Shown here in pieces: positions 1 through 951 of a DNA stretch of 951 nucleotides. This DNA comes from Escherichia coli (lineage in GTDB: Bacteria; Pseudomonadota; Gammaproteobacteria; Enterobacterales; Enterobacteriaceae). A program made the translations under genes and the position numbers. Under the pieces are notes generated by a model. That model worked only from the letters and a program-made list of their open reading frames with translations, was not told the origin of the DNA and ran no database searches. Each line of letters starts with the position of its first letter. The first letter of the stretch is position 1. The stretch is from the NCBI RefSeq assembly GCF_003334385.1, contig NZ_QOWN01000141.1, one strand, 5' to 3'.

Positions 1-45
1 CCCCTGCAGCGGGTCATAATAGCGGTGGCGGTTGTAATACAGGCC
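1..45 (-). other. Start of the Rhs repeat-associated core terminal motif ([15 protein letters not shown]), truncated by the window edge
   Basis: Seen in sequence: codons 303-317. Established knowledge: in Rhs, TcC and teneurin-type YD proteins the YYxxRxRYYDPxxGR motif immediately precedes the conserved DPxGL core boundary, after which the variable C-terminal toxin begins. Confidence 0.8.
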
Positions 46-951
46 GGACTCCTCATCATACTGCTGCCCCGGCAGGCGGATAAGCTGCTGCAGCTGATGC
101 GGGTTCTCTTCATTCAGCAGGTTGCCCCATTCATCATATTCTGCGCACCACGCTGTTGCCCCTTCCGTGCTGATGAGCGCCAGCGGCAGGCCGCGATGGT
201 CGCAGTGGTACAGGTGGATTTTTCGCGCCGGCGTGTACACCGGGTCCATCTGGTTTTGCATCTGCTCCACGGTCAGGCCGCACGATGCCAGCCAGCGGCG
301 GCTTTCCTCACTCACCCGGTCAGCCAGGATTTCACTTTCCAGCCGGTCGAGCATCTGCACCAGCACCGGCGGGAACACCACACTGCCACCGTCTTCGCCG
401 CCGGACTGCTGAAGGGTATCCGCCAGGCTGCGGCGCTGCGTTTTCGCCAGCTCACCGGTGGCGGTTTCAACCCTGATGAGTGGCGTGAAGCTCCCCGGCT
501 GATAAATCGTCTGGATGCGGGTTCTGTCGTTCTGTATCGTGGTCAGGCGGTCGCCGTCCCAGCCGTACCAGGTCACTTGCGGTTTCCGTGACAGCGACAT
601 CCAGCCCGTCAGGTCCCGTTCACGCCGCCACACCCGTTTTGCCACCCTGCGGCCCAGCGGGTCGTAAAGATAGCGACTTTCGACCAGCGGCTCTTCATAT
701 TGTGTCCGCGTGTAGTGCACCAGCCGGTGCTGACTGTCGTAATGGTACCGGTGAGTCCGCTCATCATCCGTGCGGATAACCCCTTCCGGGATGAGGTCGG
801 TTTTCTCTGTCAGCCTGCCGTGACGGTCATACCGGTAAAGATAGTGCGCGTCACGGGCGATACGGTTATCCGGCCACATGCTGAGGGTGCTGTCCGGGTG
901 CAGCTCCGGGTCGGGCAGGCGGTTACCTGCCGGGTCTGTGGCATACGGGAT
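1..951 (-). CDS. rhs: Rhs-family protein (YD-repeat polymorphic toxin core), internal fragment; 5' and 3' ends both outside the window
   Basis: Seen in sequence: the reverse complement read in frame from position 951 gives 317 codons with no stop: [317 protein letters not shown]. It contains repeated YxYDxxGRL-type (YD) motifs and ends in the RYYDP motif typical of the Rhs repeat-associated core. Established knowledge: this motif series matches the enterobacterial Rhs core as I recall it. The paralog (rhsA, B, C, D type) cannot be resolved from 951 bp, so the symbol is given at family level only. The ORF track lists no minus-strand ORF, presumably because this frame has no stop inside the window. 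Confidence 0.93.
   Translation of the reverse strand, partial: MPYATDPAGNRLPDPELHPDSTLSMWPDNRIARDAHYLYRYDRHGRLTEKTDLIPEGVIRTDDERTHRYHYDSQHRLVHYTRTQYEEPLVESRYLYDPLGRRVAKRVWRRERDLTGWMSLSRKPQVTWYGWDGDRLTTIQNDRTRIQTIYQPGSFTPLIRVETATGELAKTQRRSLADTLQQSGGEDGGSVVFPPVLVQMLDRLESEILADRVSEESRRWLASCGLTVEQMQNQMDPVYTPARKIHLYHCDHRGLPLALISTEGATAWCAEYDEWGNLLNEENPHQLQQLIRLPGQQYDEESGLYYNRHRYYDPLQG
115..144 (-). other. YD-repeat motif (protein level): [10 protein letters not shown]
   Basis: Seen in sequence: codons 270-279; YDxxGxL pattern. Confidence 0.65.
187..216 (-). other. YD-repeat motif (protein level): [10 protein letters not shown]
   Basis: Seen in sequence: codons 246-255; Y-x-x-D-x-x-G-L spacing matches the YD repeat. 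Confidence 0.65.
241..420 (-). other. YD-free segment within the Rhs core (Gly/acidic stretch followed by a helix-prone stretch)
   Basis: Seen in sequence: codons 178-237, [60 protein letters not shown], contain no YD motif, unlike the flanking sequence. Inference: the composition (L, E, R, Q rich after a GG-E-D-GG stretch) suggests a helical insert interrupting the beta-rich repeat array. Confidence 0.5.
544..570 (-). other. YD-repeat-like motif (protein level): WYGWDGDRL
   Basis: Seen in sequence: codons 128-136; a degenerate YD repeat with W substituting for Y, in aromatic-x-aromatic-D-x-x-x-R-L form. Confidence 0.55.
652..672 (-). other. YD-repeat motif (protein level): YLYDPLG
   Basis: Seen in sequence: codons 94-100, followed by RRVAKRV; a YDPxG-type YD variant. 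Confidence 0.7.
721..747 (-). other. YD-repeat motif (protein level): YHYDSQHRL
   Basis: Seen in sequence: codons 69-77; YD core followed by a basic residue and L, the same pattern as the neighbouring repeats. Confidence 0.7.
811..843 (-). other. YD-repeat motif (protein level): [11 protein letters not shown]
   Basis: Seen in sequence: codons 37-47 of the minus-strand frame; fits the Y-x-Y-D-x-x-G-R-L consensus of Rhs/YD repeats. Confidence 0.75.

Noticed and set aside
122-412. Plus-strand ORF of 96 aa from the supplied track
   Set aside because: Shadow ORF nested within the Rhs CDS on the opposite strand; low-complexity Ser/Arg/Pro-rich translation and no independent coding evidence.
285-476. 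Plus-strand ORF of 63 aa from the supplied track
   Set aside because: Short antisense shadow ORF inside the Rhs CDS; Pro/Gly/Ala/Arg-rich translation typical of out-of-frame GC-rich sequence.
25-591. Plus-strand ORF of 188 aa from the supplied track
   Set aside because: It lies entirely antisense to the minus-strand Rhs frame. GC-rich coding DNA commonly produces long stop-free antisense frames. Its translation (Arg/Ala/Leu/Gln-rich, e.g. [14 protein letters not shown]) has no recognisable motifs and is the compositional mirror of the sense frame.
598-600. Internal ATG (Met, codon 118 of the minus-strand frame, MSLSRKPQ...) as a possible start of a shorter gene
   Set aside because: The frame is open and carries YD motifs both upstream and downstream of this Met, with no stop or intergenic gap before it. 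It is an internal methionine of the Rhs core, not a start.
588-779. Plus-strand ORF of 63 aa from the supplied track
   Set aside because: Short antisense shadow ORF inside the Rhs CDS; no ribosome-binding-site context visible and no recognisable motifs.
1-951. DNA-level tandem repeats or a CRISPR array suggested by the repeated YD motifs
   Set aside because: The repetition is at the protein level only. The nucleotide sequences of the motifs are degenerate, with no regular-length direct repeats or spacers.
1-951. Alternative identity as an insecticidal Tc toxin TcC subunit, WapA, or a eukaryotic teneurin
   Set aside because: All of these share YD repeats, but the specific motif series here ([11 protein letters not shown] ... 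[15 protein letters not shown] ... [15 protein letters not shown]) matches the enterobacterial Rhs core as I recall it, and the GC-rich bacterial codon usage argues against a teneurin. A database search would be needed to exclude a TcC-like relative formally.

Overview
The whole 951-bp window is one uninterrupted coding frame on the minus strand (codons read from 951 down to 1; 317 sense codons, no stop), open at both ends. I translated it by hand, and it has the YD-repeat architecture of an Rhs-family polymorphic toxin core, ending at the left edge in ...[15 protein letters not shown], which I recognise from memory as the enterobacterial (E. coli-type) Rhs core shortly before the conserved DPxGL core/toxin-tip boundary. 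The window therefore covers only the conserved 3' part of the core. The variable C-terminal toxin and its immunity gene, where anything novel would most likely sit, are predicted just beyond position 1 and are not visible here. I found no RNA genes, CRISPR array, mobile-element ends, promoters or terminators. The four plus-strand ORFs in the supplied track are antisense shadow ORFs of this gene. Nothing in this window can honestly be called a new system.
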